Virus record (IMG/VR): IMGVR_UViG_3300028888_000047
Location: 96,001-160,000 of that record
From: a virus
Lineage: Duplodnaviria; Caudoviricetes
DNA: 64,000 nt
Direction: 5' to 3' (one strand)
Shown: positions 63,164 through 64,000 of the stretch, one piece after another
Position numbering within the stretch: position 1 is the stretch's first letter
Layout of the letters: each line of letters begins with the position of its first letter
Translations under genes and position numbers: made by a program
The notes under the pieces: model-generated
What the model saw: the letters and a program-made list of their open reading frames with translations, nothing else
The model's database searches: none
Told to the model about the DNA's origin: nothing

Positions 63164-63266
63164 ATATTTCTACCTTGCTGCACCATAACTCTTCGTAGGT
63201 ACAGCCTAGACCTGTTTATATGACTTTTGTTTTCGTTTCATGACTTTTATATTTTTTAAATTGTTT

Positions 63267-63617
63267 TTAATTCTTTAATATCATTGTTGTTAAGCAAGGG
63301 TCATCAGTACGAACAAACCCAAACTTTTTGTAAAATTCTACAAGACCTTTTGTAGTCCTATATTTTATATTCTCTCCAGTACGAGGCATTGGCTTTACTA
63401 ATAAACTAATCTCATATCCTTTGAACATTTCGATAGCCTTGTTTAGCATCATAGTCGCAATGCCTTTGCTTGTATAGTTTATGTTGGTTACAACATAATT
63501 GATGTTAACCTTATTATTTCCTTTTTTCTCAATACCTAGTTTCCCTACTCTAACACAACCACTATAAGCGTTTATGTAGTGACATTCACTAGTACTAAAT
63601 GTTTCAAGTCTTATCAT
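63267..63617 (-). CDS. GNAT acetyltransferase
   Basis: V..NYTSKGIATMML..L.V..LVEFYKKFGF; start MIRLETF. Confidence 0.8.
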   Translation of the reverse strand: MIRLETFSTSECHYINAYSGCVRVGKLGIEKKGNNKVNINYVVTNINYTSKGIATMMLNKAIEMFKGYEISLLVKPMPRTGENIKYRTTKGLVEFYKKFGFVRTDDPCLTTMILKN

Positions 63618-63620
63618 ATG

Positions 63621-63705
63621 CGGTGGGAGAGGGATTCGAACCCCCGGACCCCAAAGGGCCAACAGTTTTCAAGACTGCCTCCTTAAACCACTCGGACATC
63701 CCACC
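63621..63705 (-). tRNA. tRNA-Ser(TGA)
   Basis: GCAGT-CTTGAAA-ACTGT, long V-arm, G73. Confidence 0.92.
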
Positions 63706-64000
63706 AAGCGATGCACAGCAGCAGTATCGTTGGCTTAGTGCTTCCTTACGGCTAGGTAAAATGACTGCTACCTTGAACGGACGTATGGCTAACGTTGTGG
63801 GTTACTTCGTCCCACTTCACAGTCTAACAACCCTAGTCACTCATATGTACATCTTTGAGTGTTGTTCTTGAGACCCACGTCTGGGTGCAAGTTTATATTT
63901 TATCTATGTATTCAACTAATTCTTTTTTCCTCCAAGGTAAATTATTCCTTTCACACCATTTTTGAATCGATTTATCAGACACTCCGTATTTTTTTCCTAC

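Noticed and set aside
62906-63662. ORF-track N-terminal extensions of 62483 and 63267, and plus-strand ORFs over tRNAs/tmRNA
   Set aside because: They overlap tRNA genes; internal ATG starts fit better
52345-63890. RNase P RNA, group I/II introns or canonical hammerheads among the spacers
   Set aside because: I found no GAGGAAAGUCC/CAGAA.CCGGCUUA, intron core or CUGAUGA..GAAA signatures by eye

Overview
This is an AT-rich, densely packed segment in which almost every gene lies on the minus strand. It most likely comes from a jumbo or mega-phage infecting Bacteroidales (Prevotella-like host). The evidence is about 25 Bacteroidetes sigma-A promoters (TTTG-N~20-TAnnTTTG), a tmRNA with a GEN...AA tag, and Prevotella-type small lipoproteins. 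From 0.4 to 51 kb it is an accessory and host-takeover region. It carries ADP-ribose reversal genes (NADAR, PARG-like), NAD salvage genes (pncA, pncB, nadD), RNA repair genes (RtcB, two ATP-dependent ligases, phosphoesterases, a CCA-adding enzyme), Fmt, ACP, a metacaspase, DNA methylases with a putative endonuclease, and several dispersed paralog families. From 51 to 64 kb it is a tRNA/ncRNA island with about 19 tRNA or tRNA-like genes, tmRNA, CoaD and many unassigned structured spacers. Four observations stand out. (1) A family of 7 RNA elements is closed by a covarying AAGGnAnC-TmACAGCAA...GnTnCCT clamp and carries tRNA-derived cargo, including a circularly permuted tRNA-Thr (YrlA/Y-RNA-like topology) and an acceptor-less tRNA-Tyr. 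(2) An apparent amber-sensing operon has a leader ORF with three in-frame TAGs and a 12-bp stem, upstream of a PTH2-like gene and a CUA-anticodon tRNA. (3) Cys, Trp and Met tRNAs have long variable arms. (4) A repeated fused terminator-promoter cassette occurs eight times. All calls come from manual motif reading; no database search was run.
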